This document shows, piece by piece, positions 17,290 to 26,649 of a DNA stretch of 32,000 nucleotides. Position 1 is the stretch's first letter. Each line of letters starts with the position of its first letter. The position numbers and the translations under genes are program-made. A model generated the notes under the pieces. The model ran no database searches and was not told the DNA's origin. It saw only the letters and a program-made list of their open reading frames with translations. Location: the NCBI RefSeq assembly GCF_053102595.1, contig NZ_CM129850.1. The stretch is one strand, 5' to 3'.

Positions 17290-18639
17290 TCAGAAACGTA
17301 AATAATCTTTCGCTGAATCAAACAACGCAGTAATGGTTGAAGATAATAATTTTATAATTGTATCGTAGGTGGAGTTGGCTGTACTGTATTTAGTCGTTAT
17401 AACCTGCACGTCGGTTTTCATGTTTTCTGCCTGGCCATTATAACCCGCCAACCATGCCTGGTATTCAGCCGTGCTTATTTCGTAGCCGGTGAATTCTTTA
17501 GATATATTTTTTTCCTTCCCTTTATCATCCCTGTGAACCATTGAGTCTGAAGACTGGCTCATACTGTCAATAATCTGAGGGTTGGGAATAATAACATACA
17601 GACCGCTACCTTGCGGTTCAACTTCGACTATAGGAGAAGGTGTGCGGTGTTTTGGGTCGGGTGGAATAACCGGAAGTCCTAAAGCGGCGCACCATTTTTC
17701 TGCTTCTTCCAGTGGAACACCAATTTTGTCAGCAGGTGCCGGAGGGTATAAAACATAGTCTGGATTGTAATGATAATGAAAATCACCATTAGGATATTTA
17801 TCGATATAATAAAAATGCATCAAGGCTTTTTGGAATGCATTGACATCAAAAACTATCGCATCGCCTTTTTTATTAGAGTGAGTCCATTTTCCCATATTGC
17901 TTTGGATATGTTCACTGAAGTCCTGCCAGTATGCGCTCATTATCTCAACGCTATTTGCATAGATTTCGAGGTAGTCACTACCGAGCACACTCATCAAATC
18001 AGCAATATCACTACATATATATTTATCACTTTTAAATTCGCTTGAACTACTGGCCGTTAAAGTACTGCTGGTTGCTGAACTTCTCATTTCAGGCGCAAAA
18101 CTATCTAAAGAAGCGATAACGTGAGTTAAGGTTCCTTTGGTCGTTGCCATTGCACCTGGCCCGGTTGTGTTGTGAGCAACGTTAGCCAGGGTTTTTCTCA
18201 CAGCGTTATGCAGGGTCAATATTTTAGCGGGATCCTTTAATTTTCCGTCAATAGTATTAACATTTTCTGTAAGCTGCAGAACGTTTTTTATCAGCAAATA
18301 ACTTTCGTGTAAGAGCGCAGATCCTTTCTCTGACAGGTTCTCAGTTGGGAAATTTCTGAGCATGTTTTTAACGAAGTTAAGTTGTATGTCGTGCTGGCAT
18401 TTCCATTCTTCATTTCGCGGGCTACGTTCACTGACCAAAGTTGATAGTTTCTCAACATCTTTCTTGAGCATAGCGCCAATATTATTATCCTTACTGGCGC
18501 TGTTATGCAAATTTCCCTCGCTTTTGCTGTTTACCAGTTGATGAGGCTCCTCACTTTGCGAGGATGCCTCTTTGAGAGGAATGTTTGCATTCTGCTGACG
18601 TAGAATATCTATATTTAAATTATTATCTTTATTAATCAT
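17290..18639 (-). CDS. eipD: T3SS needle-tip protein, SipD/IpaD/BipD family, 449 aa
   Basis: A strong SD (AAGGAGG) precedes the ATG. The C-terminal half parallels SipD/IpaD (DYLEIYANSVEIMSAYWQDFSEHIQSNMGKW; AEYQAWLAGYNGQAENMKTDVQVITTKYSTANSTYDTIIKLLSSTITALFDSAKDYLRF). It sits after the B and C translocator genes. Confidence 0.88.
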   Translation of the reverse strand: MINKDNNLNIDILRQQNANIPLKEASSQSEEPHQLVNSKSEGNLHNSASKDNNIGAMLKKDVEKLSTLVSERSPRNEEWKCQHDIQLNFVKNMLRNFPTENLSEKGSALLHESYLLIKNVLQLTENVNTIDGKLKDPAKILTLHNAVRKTLANVAHNTTGPGAMATTKGTLTHVIASLDSFAPEMRSSATSSTLTASSSSEFKSDKYICSDIADLMSVLGSDYLEIYANSVEIMSAYWQDFSEHIQSNMGKWTHSNKKGDAIVFDVNAFQKALMHFYYIDKYPNGDFHYHYNPDYVLYPPAPADKIGVPLEEAEKWCAALGLPVIPPDPKHRTPSPIVEVEPQGSGLYVIIPNPQIIDSMSQSSDSMVHRDDKGKEKNISKEFTGYEISTAEYQAWLAGYNGQAENMKTDVQVITTKYSTANSTYDTIIKLLSSTITALFDSAKDYLRF

Positions 18640-18682
18640 GAGTCATTCCTCCTTAAATATAATTAACTATTATTGCAATTAT

Positions 18683-19834
18683 TTATGAACGAATGCCTTG
18701 AACGATAGCACTATCAGTATCAATAATGGTTTGTATTATTTGCTGTAATAAATTGAGTGCTTGATCTCTTCCTTGAACATCACGATTAATTTGATCCAGA
18801 TAGCTACTCATAACTGAATGCATGACATTTTTAGCCTGTTCAACAATGTCTTTTTCTGCATGAGTAGTGCTTTCTAGAAATCTAGATGTTGCTCGAATTG
18901 ATTCATTGCTAAGCTGTGAAAGTACATCTGCTTTACCTATAGTAAAATATTTATTATACCTATTGTTATGTTTTGTACTAATTTTCTCGTTTGTATCTCT
19001 AATCTTTTCTAGAGTAGTTTCTTTTTCTTTATCATAAGATTTCAGCGCCTCTTCTTTTTGTTCTTCATTAAGACTCGTATCTTTCGTTGTATTTTTTATT
19101 TTTTCATCTATTTGTTTGAGAGAAGCTTGTTGCTCTCGAACTTCCCTTTTTGACGCGCGCTGTACATCATCATCAGTTCTATTGATAGTATGCTCTTGGT
19201 CAGGTGTAAGGGTTACCATCTTTTCGGGATGGCTTCTGTAATTTGCTACGACAGATGCCGCGGCCCCGGCTGCGCCAACTCCTGACCCGATAATAACACC
19301 TACCGAACTTGCTGCTGTGGCGCGTTCGGTTTCTTTTCTCTGATACTGGACAAGTTGTTCAAAAACATTACTCATAATAGCCTCAGACATAGCAGAGGCT
19401 TTATACATTGATGTGAATACCCTTAAAAATTCCTCCATTACAACCTGTTGTCGCATGGTCAAATTATCTAGCATATCAAGGATATTAAATTTAGATATTT
19501 TAATGGTGGTCTGTTCTGTAGAACAGCTTGATTGACTGGATGTAATTGTAGCTTGGTCAAGGTCACCCCTCAAATTATCTAGCGTATTCCTTGAGTAATT
19601 AAGATTATCCAATAGTTTTACTCTTAGTTCCGGACAGACTTCTCTGTCTGTATTTTTTAATATTATAAACTGAGAGCTTATGTCATGCTTAATATCTTTA
19701 AGGTTATAGTATTGCACAATTTTATTATCATTTGGTATGTTGTTTTCTTTACCATAATCTCTATCAAAGGTTGTTTTATCGAGATTGTTAATATTATGTA
19801 TGCTGGTCGCATTTTTAATTTCATAGGTGGCCAT
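18683..19834 (-). CDS. eipC: T3SS minor hydrophobic translocator, SipC/IpaC family, 383 aa
   Basis: It sits between the B- and D-type genes, and its start is 12 nt after the eipB stop. It has a single central hydrophobic segment (AASSVGVIIGSGVGAAGAAASVVA) flanked by charged coiled-coil-like regions, as in SipC/IpaC. Confidence 0.82.
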   Translation of the reverse strand: MATYEIKNATSIHNINNLDKTTFDRDYGKENNIPNDNKIVQYYNLKDIKHDISSQFIILKNTDREVCPELRVKLLDNLNYSRNTLDNLRGDLDQATITSSQSSCSTEQTTIKISKFNILDMLDNLTMRQQVVMEEFLRVFTSMYKASAMSEAIMSNVFEQLVQYQRKETERATAASSVGVIIGSGVGAAGAAASVVANYRSHPEKMVTLTPDQEHTINRTDDDVQRASKREVREQQASLKQIDEKIKNTTKDTSLNEEQKEEALKSYDKEKETTLEKIRDTNEKISTKHNNRYNKYFTIGKADVLSQLSNESIRATSRFLESTTHAEKDIVEQAKNVMHSVMSSYLDQINRDVQGRDQALNLLQQIIQTIIDTDSAIVQGIRS

Positions 19835-19846
19835 GTTAGAACCCTC

Positions 19847-21628
19847 TTATACGATAGAATGGGAAGCAAATTTTAAGGCTTCAGTTCGGTGTTGTAGTAC
19901 TCTTACCATTTGGCTTACCTCTTGTTCGACGGTTTTATCCACCCTTTGCAATACTGAAAGCATTTGTTCACGCGTTTTTGATAGATTACTCATGTCCTGT
20001 TGTAAAATTGCCATGTCGGCAGAGTTTTCAGCAACACAGTAATTCATTATCGATGTTGCTGTTTCACAGATAAGTAAGCCTATTTTCTCCAGGCCATTGC
20101 TTATCTTGGCAATCAACTTCAAAACTACGACTGATGTTTGTATCATACTGCATACGCTGTCTAATACCTTTATAATATTTTTTGAAACGGAATTAATAAT
20201 AGATTCAATGGTTGATTTTATAGTGCTTGTTATTTCTTTGGTGACTTCTTCTGCGGCTGTTTTTGATAATGCAGAAACAACGGCCCCTATTGCTACAGAA
20301 CATATTACAGCTGCACCAATCATTACTGTCGCCATGACAATAGAAGCGGCTGCACTTGCGTAAATACTTTTAACCAGTTCAATCGTATCTTGATCGACAC
20401 CAATAACGTTCAGAAGCGCGGTGATTGCGAGCAGAGTGGGATCAACTGTTTTAATAGCAGCCGAAAGACCTTCTACAACTTTCCCTAAAATCCAGCCGGT
20501 AGCCGTGGTGCCCAGAGCGATTTGACAAGTGATATCAACACCTAATACCACTGCGCCCGCTATTCCACCAATAAGCGCCAGTGCACCCGCAATACTTGAA
20601 CCACCACTAGGAACTGCAGCAAGAAGACCAACAACAATTAAGATTGCACTCATGGCAATGGTAGCTACAGTTACACACTCATTAACGATTTTTAAAACTT
20701 TAGTCGTGGTAGTATATTTACGCGCTGTTTCATTAAGTTTATTTTCCCTAACATGGTTAATTTCTTTCATTACCTCAGATTGATTTTTAATGGATTCGCA
20801 ATTGGTATCACCAATAACTTCCATTACTGAGGTAATCAAAAGGATAAATGTGGCTGTCGCGTTTCTGTTTTTCTGGTTTTCCTGGGTCAGGCAAATATTG
20901 GTGGTGAAGTTATTAATCTGTTCTTGCTGTTGAATTTCATCAAAAATTTCCATACTTTGGCCGATCGCAGCATCAGCATCCATAATGGCTGTATTTAACG
21001 ATTTCTCAGCTAACGATTTTTTTTGTAATGACAGCGTGAGTGTTTTTTCAGCCGCATTCTTTTGCGTCAGTACTTTATTATATTGCGGATCGCCAGGTTG
21101 TAGTTGCGACAGCTCTTGATTCAATGTATTGACTTTTTTTTCCAGCGATTGCACCTTTTTATCGACCGCATTGTAATTATTGTTGGCCTGATGCATGATG
21201 TCGTCGGCTTTTTGCGCAGAATCTAATGACGAGGCGTAGGCGTCGCTTAATTCACGAAACTTATTATGTACCATTTCGTGTCGAAGCAGGGTGCTTTCAA
21301 GGTTATTATGCAATCGTGTTGTAATATCCTGATCGGCAATGCCTGTTAAATTACCCAAAATCATTGTCAGGCGGGCATCATTCGTCTTTGCTGTAGTGGC
21401 GTTGTCTGAATCTGAAACCTGCATTGCAGGCGGAGCAAGCATCGGTTTGTTTTCAAGACGAGCGCGAATATCGTTATCAAGGGATTTCGGGTTTTTATTA
21501 AGCCGCATGGGATCAACTTGCGTTTTGCTGCTGTCCTGCAGTCTTTTTTCCGCATCGCTATACTGTGTACGCAATGTTTCGCTGATTTGTTCAAACGTGA
21601 TCGTTTGTCCCGTAATCGGTGCCGACAT
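19847..21628 (-). CDS. eipB: T3SS major hydrophobic translocator, SipB/IpaB family, 593 aa
   Basis: A strong SD (AGGAGGTG) lies 5 nt upstream. The length equals that of SipB. An N-terminal coiled coil is followed by a long bipartite hydrophobic region (VATIAMSAILIVVGLLAAVPSGGSSIAGALALIGGIAGAVVLGVDITCQIALG) typical of IpaB/SipB. Confidence 0.88.
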   Translation of the reverse strand: MSAPITGQTITFEQISETLRTQYSDAEKRLQDSSKTQVDPMRLNKNPKSLDNDIRARLENKPMLAPPAMQVSDSDNATTAKTNDARLTMILGNLTGIADQDITTRLHNNLESTLLRHEMVHNKFRELSDAYASSLDSAQKADDIMHQANNNYNAVDKKVQSLEKKVNTLNQELSQLQPGDPQYNKVLTQKNAAEKTLTLSLQKKSLAEKSLNTAIMDADAAIGQSMEIFDEIQQQEQINNFTTNICLTQENQKNRNATATFILLITSVMEVIGDTNCESIKNQSEVMKEINHVRENKLNETARKYTTTTKVLKIVNECVTVATIAMSAILIVVGLLAAVPSGGSSIAGALALIGGIAGAVVLGVDITCQIALGTTATGWILGKVVEGLSAAIKTVDPTLLAITALLNVIGVDQDTIELVKSIYASAAASIVMATVMIGAAVICSVAIGAVVSALSKTAAEEVTKEITSTIKSTIESIINSVSKNIIKVLDSVCSMIQTSVVVLKLIAKISNGLEKIGLLICETATSIMNYCVAENSADMAILQQDMSNLSKTREQMLSVLQRVDKTVEQEVSQMVRVLQHRTEALKFASHSIV

Positions 21629-21683
21629 AATTCACCTCCTTTTTAAGCTATCACCGGGTGTAATTAATTCTTTTTTATTTAAC

Positions 21684-21866
21684 TCATGGCAAATGTTTAT
21701 TCCCATCTAAAATGGCATCAACGGGACAGTAAGTAATGTGTTTATTGTTATTCTTCTCATTTATTTTATCGCCATGGTTATTTTTTAAATCAACCGGGGC
21801 TTCCTCATGATATTTCCTGGCTAGCTCTTCAGGCGTAAAAGAAGCGTTTTTTCCGTTTATCTTCAT
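21684..21866 (-). CDS. Hypothetical 60-aa protein between the chaperone gene and eipB (coding status uncertain)
   Basis: The ORF fills most of the 247-nt eicA-eipB gap. Its ATG is 9 nt after the eicA stop with only a weak purine-rich stretch (GAGTGAG) upstream. The product is hydrophilic and K/N-rich. I recognise no homologue. Confidence 0.3.
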   Translation of the reverse strand: MKINGKNASFTPEELARKYHEEAPVDLKNNHGDKINEKNNNKHITYCPVDAILDGNKHLP

Positions 21867-21875
21867 TTTGCTGAC

Positions 21876-22373
21876 TCACTCTGTTTGAACTTCCTCTTCG
21901 GTGTTGGCTGTCAAAAGTTCAAGATAAGCAGTAGCCATCTCTTTAACTTTTTCATTTTGACTGTAGGTTACGACTGTATTAAATAACTCCGTGGCCATTT
22001 TAATGTTTTTTAAGCCCATCTGGCATTGACCCATATAATAAACCAAAGAGAAATCGTTATCGGGAGATAGCATTAAACAGATATGATACATGTCAAATGC
22101 CTTTTGATAATCTTTCTTCAACTGACAAACGGCGGCATATCCTTTTAAGTAGTTATAATTTTGGAAATCATAAATACAGAGAAATTTAAAAAAGAGTTCA
22201 GCTTCGTCAAGTCTTCCTTTTTCATAAAAGTTATAAGCGTAAGCATAAACGCCTTCAAGGGTATCCGGAGTAATGCCATGCAGCTCTGCAAGTGTTGCTC
22301 CCATACCTAGTGCACGTTCGAACTTACTGGCAATTTCTTTATTTTCTTCTAAATCCAGATTTGCGCTTTCCAT
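21876..22373 (-). CDS. eicA: Class II T3SS chaperone (TPR), SicA/IpgC/SycD family, 165 aa
   Basis: The sequence [72 protein letters not shown] is nearly collinear with SicA ([72 protein letters not shown]). An SD (AAGGAGAG) is present. Confidence 0.93.
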   Translation of the reverse strand: [165 protein letters not shown]

Positions 22374-22674
22374 CTCTACTCTCTCCTTTCGAACATTCTT
22401 TGTTCAGACTTCACCATTTTTTAGAGGGTGGTGATATCAAAATTCGCTCATTTTTATGCCCATCCGTTGGGCTTCGTTTTCTGCATTAAAAACAAGTATT
22501 GTTTCAATGAGATAAGATTTTCTATGTGATGAAATGAAAATAATGTAGAGGGAAATTTATCCACAATCCTGATGAACTGGTTCAATTTTGATTGGAATTT
22601 GAAAAAGCAGGTGATTTACTGATGTGCGAGCTTAAGTCAGCGGCTGCTGGCCTGAGCGCGGAGGTGTGCGAAAT

Positions 22675-22968
22675 TTACATATCCGGGCATTCCACCTTAC
22701 CCAGCGCTTCCCAGTAGTTATTCTGATTATTACGCTCCATCGCCACAATAGCTTCACGGATATGTTGTTTGTTACTCTCATCAGACAACATTAATTTTTC
22801 CCACGCTTCGTCTGATAATGACGCCTGTGGCGTGCAAATTTTACGTAAATCTTGCAATACCGTGGTTTTCTCTTTTGCCGACTGTAGCGAACTGAATGGC
22901 GACTCGGCCTGAGAAATGGCTGGAAAAGTCAGGAATACGGTAATCATGAGTAGCATCGTTGGCTTCAT
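22675..22968 (-). CDS. yicS: YicS, small secreted/periplasmic protein (97 aa)
   Basis: The internal ATG at 22968 gives MKPTMLLMITVFLTFPAISQAESPFSSLQSAKEKTTVLQDLRKICTPQ...GKVECPDM, with a signal peptide. This matches my recollection of E. coli YicS. The longer 120-aa ORF start is rejected. Confidence 0.85.
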   Translation of the reverse strand: MKPTMLLMITVFLTFPAISQAESPFSSLQSAKEKTTVLQDLRKICTPQASLSDEAWEKLMLSDESNKQHIREAIVAMERNNQNNYWEALGKVECPDM

Positions 22969-23178
22969 AGCGGCAACCTTCTGCAAATGTGCATCGAATG
23001 AAGCATAAGTGTAGTTTGCTTTTACCGCTCTCATCATGCTGTACGAAAGGTGTTTGCGTGGTCAGTAAGAAGTGCCAGTTTTTTTATACCTTTTTCTTCT
23101 ATTCGATAGCTTTTCGTTTTTTAAATCGTAGTGATCTTGCCATTATAGTCAGTTAATGATTAAAAAAAGGATAAAAAA

Positions 23179-23997
23179 GTGAAACTGACAACACATCATC
23201 TACGGGCGGGGGCCGCATTATTGCTGGCAGGAGTTCTGCTGGCAGGTTGCGACCAGAGTAGCAGCGATGCAAAACACATTAAAGTTGGCGTTATAAATGG
23301 CGCAGAACAAGATGTCGCGGAAGTCGCTAAAAAGGTGGCAAAAGAGAAATATGGCCTCGATGTTGAACTGGTAGGATTTAGCGGTTCGTTGCTACCGAAC
23401 GATGCGACAAATCATGGCGAGCTTGATGCGAACGTCTTCCAGCATCGGCCCTTTCTTGAACAAGATAATCAGGCGCATGGTTATAAACTGGTAGCGGTGG
23501 GAAATACGTTTGTCTTCCCTATGGCGGGTTATTCCAAAAAAATCAAAACCGTGGCGCAAATAAAAGAAGGCGCGACAGTGGCGATCCCCAACGACCCGAC
23601 CAACCTTGGTCGCGCGCTTTTACTGTTGCAAAAAGAGAAGCTAATTACTCTGAAAGAGGGAAAAGGGTTACTACCTACCGCGCTGGATATAACCGATAAT
23701 CCTCGTCATTTGCAGATTATGGAACTCGAGGGGGCGCAGCTCCCGCGCGTACTGGATGATCCCAAAGTTGATGTGGCAATTATCAGCACCACTTACATTC
23801 AGCAGACCGGGCTTTCTCCGGTGCACGACAGCGTATTTATTGAAGATAAAAATTCGCCGTATGTGAATATTTTGGTGGCACGGGAAGATAATAAGAATGC
23901 AGAAAACGTGAAGGAATTTCTGCAATCTTATCAATCATCCGAAGTCGCTAAAGCGGCAGAAACCATCTTTAACGGTGGCGCGGTGCCTGGCTGGTAA
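23179..23997 (+). CDS. nlpA: Lipoprotein-28 NlpA (methionine-binding lipoprotein family)
   Basis: It has a GTG start with AAGGA upstream and a lipobox LLAGC. The product MKLTTHHLRAGAALLLAGVLLAGCDQSSSDAKHIKVGVINGAEQDV...FNGGAVPGW is recognised as E. coli NlpA. Confidence 0.93.
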   Translation: MKLTTHHLRAGAALLLAGVLLAGCDQSSSDAKHIKVGVINGAEQDVAEVAKKVAKEKYGLDVELVGFSGSLLPNDATNHGELDANVFQHRPFLEQDNQAHGYKLVAVGNTFVFPMAGYSKKIKTVAQIKEGATVAIPNDPTNLGRALLLLQKEKLITLKEGKGLLPTALDITDNPRHLQIMELEGAQLPRVLDDPKVDVAIISTTYIQQTGLSPVHDSVFIEDKNSPYVNILVAREDNKNAENVKEFLQSYQSSEVAKAAETIFNGGAVPGW

Positions 23998-24000
23998 TTC

Positions 24001-24924
24001 TCACTCATCCCGCGCCGGACGATTTATTTTTCTGGCGCGGCGACGGGAATCCATTGAAATCAAAATTACCGATGACAGAATCAGCAGCGTTCCCAGCCAG
24101 TCCGGTAATGTGAACGTGATCCCCAGCAACAGCAAAGAGAGTAGCGCGCTACTTAATGGTTCTGCACAGCTCAAAATGCTGGCTTTTGGACCGCCAATTA
24201 ATTGTGCTCCTTTCAGGTACAGGCTAAATGTCAGAGATGTACCAATGACCACCAAATAAAAAAACGCCAGAATCAAACTGCCGTTAACGACAAAGTTTGT
24301 TCCTTGTCTGGCATAAAAAGGCAACAGAATCAGACCGCCGATCAGCATACTCCAGCCGACGACAGGCAACGTGCCATAGCGGGCAATCAGCGTTGAGGGA
24401 TAGGTGGTATAGAATGCAGCAGCAAATGCCGAGGCAATGCCCCAGAATAACGCGGCAGGAGAGATCGATAATGACGTCGGATTACCGTGTGTCACCAATA
24501 AAAAAGTCCCGACCAGCGATGTCAAAATAGCGCAAAAAACCAGAATGCCCGGGCGCGATTTACGTACCAGTGAGAACCAGGCGACGATAATCGTCGGTGA
24601 GAGGAATTGCAGCACCGTTGCCGTGGCTGCGTTCGATTTTTCGATGGTTAGCAAAAAAGTGAGCTGTACGGTTAGTGCGCCAACCACGGAAAAAATCAGC
24701 AGACTAATGGCATCTTTGTGATTGTTAATAATAGAAAAGATTTTATCGCCATGAACAAATGACAGCGTCAGCAGAATCAAACCGGCGAATATCAAACGCG
24801 TCATAGTCAAAAACTGCGACGACATCTGGCTTTGCTCCATGATGTATTGCGCGCAGACCCCTGAACTTCCCCACAACACGGCGGCAATCAGAACGTTCAG
24901 CATCCCCTTTCTGGTGGAACCCAT
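24001..24924 (-). CDS. yicL: EamA/DMT-family inner-membrane transporter YicL
   Basis: The product is a 307-aa 10-TM protein ([32 protein letters not shown]...). It is convergent with nlpA with a 3-nt gap, as in K-12 by my recollection. Confidence 0.9.
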
Positions 24925-25034
24925 TTTTCCCTCTGCATACTGTTTTGTCGTTTATGTATGCAGGCATGATAGCAAAAATGGCGAGGATGGCTCTGTTTGC
25001 GCCACGCCGATTTTTCTTAGCCCAGACTGGTGAG

Positions 25035-26219
25035 CTAAATATCTTTAATAAACAGCAGGCAAATCATCGCAATACCCAACATCCCTATCGCCAGCCAGAA
25101 CAACGCGTGGTAGCTCCAGATTTCAACCATAATTCCGTCAACAGAGCCGGCGATAATCCAGCCGACGCGTGAAGTATTTGCATATAACGTTGTCGCAGAG
25201 CCTATTTTTTCAGGCATCAGGTCCTGAAAATAAAGCATGCCGATACCACAAAGAATGCCGAGAAAGATGGCATTAAGAATTTGCAATTCCAGCTCAACCG
25301 CCGGAGTCGTCGCCATGAGTACGCTGGCGTAAAAACACATTCCACTCACGATAGCAATGAGCATTAATAGTCGCTTGCCAATACGTTTCATGTAATAGCC
25401 TGCGATTAACATCATCGGAATTTCCAGACCGGCAGCGATACCAATCATTTCTCCAGCCAGTTTATCGGTTAGATGCAGTTCATCAATAATAAATAGCGGC
25501 ATATTTATCATGTAGAGATTATTCGCCGCCCACATCATTGAACAGACCACAAAAAGTAGCCGCGTATCTCGCTTTCTATGGATGGAGGGTAAAATTTCTA
25601 CGGGTTGGGTAACGACAGGAACATTTCTTTGTATTGATGGCAAAAACAACCAGACTATCAGCCCGCAAACAACAAATGCGATGGCAGCGGTGAGATACAT
25701 CACTTTAAAACTAAATCCCATTGCCAGTTCATAAGCGAGCGGTGGCCCGATAACCCAGGCAAGCGAGATCTGAGCACGTAAAAATGTACTGAACATGACC
25801 GTCTCACGGCCTGTTCTATCGGCGTGTTCACGGGCGAGGGCGAACATTTGCGGGTTTGCGGTGGAAGCAAAACTACTCAGAAGTACGCCCGTTGAGAGCA
25901 GAATGAAGTAGTTGCGATTCCACGCAAAAAGCGTGCAGGCCAGCACTCCAAATAAGCAACATAGCAGGATCAGTAATTTACGGTCGCCTTGTTTATCGGA
26001 GTGCCTTGCCAGAAATTGACTGACCAGAATTCCCATAATAGCGCTACCGGTGAAGAAAAAACCTACCATTATAGGACGGGCTTTCAGTTCATCTGCGAGG
26101 AATATACTTAGGGTAGGAGTCTGAAGAGCGCCCGCAATACCCGTCAGAAAGGCGACAAGTAAAAATGCCGCGGCAGTGAGATCAAGTATTTTTGATGGAG
26201 TGGTAGCCGTTTTTTGCAT
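25035..26219 (-). CDS. setC: Sugar efflux transporter SetC/YicK (MFS, SET family)
   Basis: The product is a 394-aa MFS protein (MQKTATTPSKILDLTAAAFLLVAFLTGIAGALQTPTLSIFLADELKARP...). It sits between yicL and the selC site. Confidence 0.9.
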   Translation of the reverse strand: MQKTATTPSKILDLTAAAFLLVAFLTGIAGALQTPTLSIFLADELKARPIMVGFFFTGSAIMGILVSQFLARHSDKQGDRKLLILLCCLFGVLACTLFAWNRNYFILLSTGVLLSSFASTANPQMFALAREHADRTGRETVMFSTFLRAQISLAWVIGPPLAYELAMGFSFKVMYLTAAIAFVVCGLIVWLFLPSIQRNVPVVTQPVEILPSIHRKRDTRLLFVVCSMMWAANNLYMINMPLFIIDELHLTDKLAGEMIGIAAGLEIPMMLIAGYYMKRIGKRLLMLIAIVSGMCFYASVLMATTPAVELELQILNAIFLGILCGIGMLYFQDLMPEKIGSATTLYANTSRVGWIIAGSVDGIMVEIWSYHALFWLAIGMLGIAMICLLFIKDI

Positions 26220-26649
26220 TCTTCTGAATCACCGGGCGACAAAATATAACTGAGTTACAAATAAGTACCAGTCGAATGAGTATTGTATTAAGAATTTTTG
26301 AGTATCGCTGATACAACCAGAAAACAATGCTAGCGCAATATTATAGGGCCAGCAATTGAGATTATTAGCAAAAGCATGTTAAGAATTAATCACCGAATTT
26401 ATATATTAATTATAGTAAGGCAATGAGCTATTTTTGATAGTAAAAATAAAACAAGTTGATTTGATATATTAAATGAACAAATTAATCTTGATGGCAGTCT
26501 GATTATTGGTGAAGTTTATAGGTCAGTTTTTTTGCCAGCTGTTAAAGGAATAGAACAGTCGTATAAAAAAAGGGTGTTCTGGAGCGTGTAAAACAACATC
26601 TTCACCTTAATGGCGATACAGTTGGCTGAGAGTCAGCAGGGGGGAAAAT

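Larger units (their letters stand above)
3714..22674. other. Accessory islet (air-eilA-eipDCB-eicA) inserted between the convergent 3' ends of nepI and yicS
   Basis: Backbone genes flank the interval on both sides. The content is virulence-type and absent from my recollection of the K-12 nepI-yicS interval. Its base composition differs strongly from the flanks. Confidence 0.75.

Noticed and set aside
15390-22373. Possibility that this is a complete type III secretion system.
   Set aside because: Only the regulator, the chaperone, three translocator/tip genes and one small ORF are present. I found no ORF resembling the ATPase, SctRSTUV export apparatus, secretin or needle subunit anywhere in the window.
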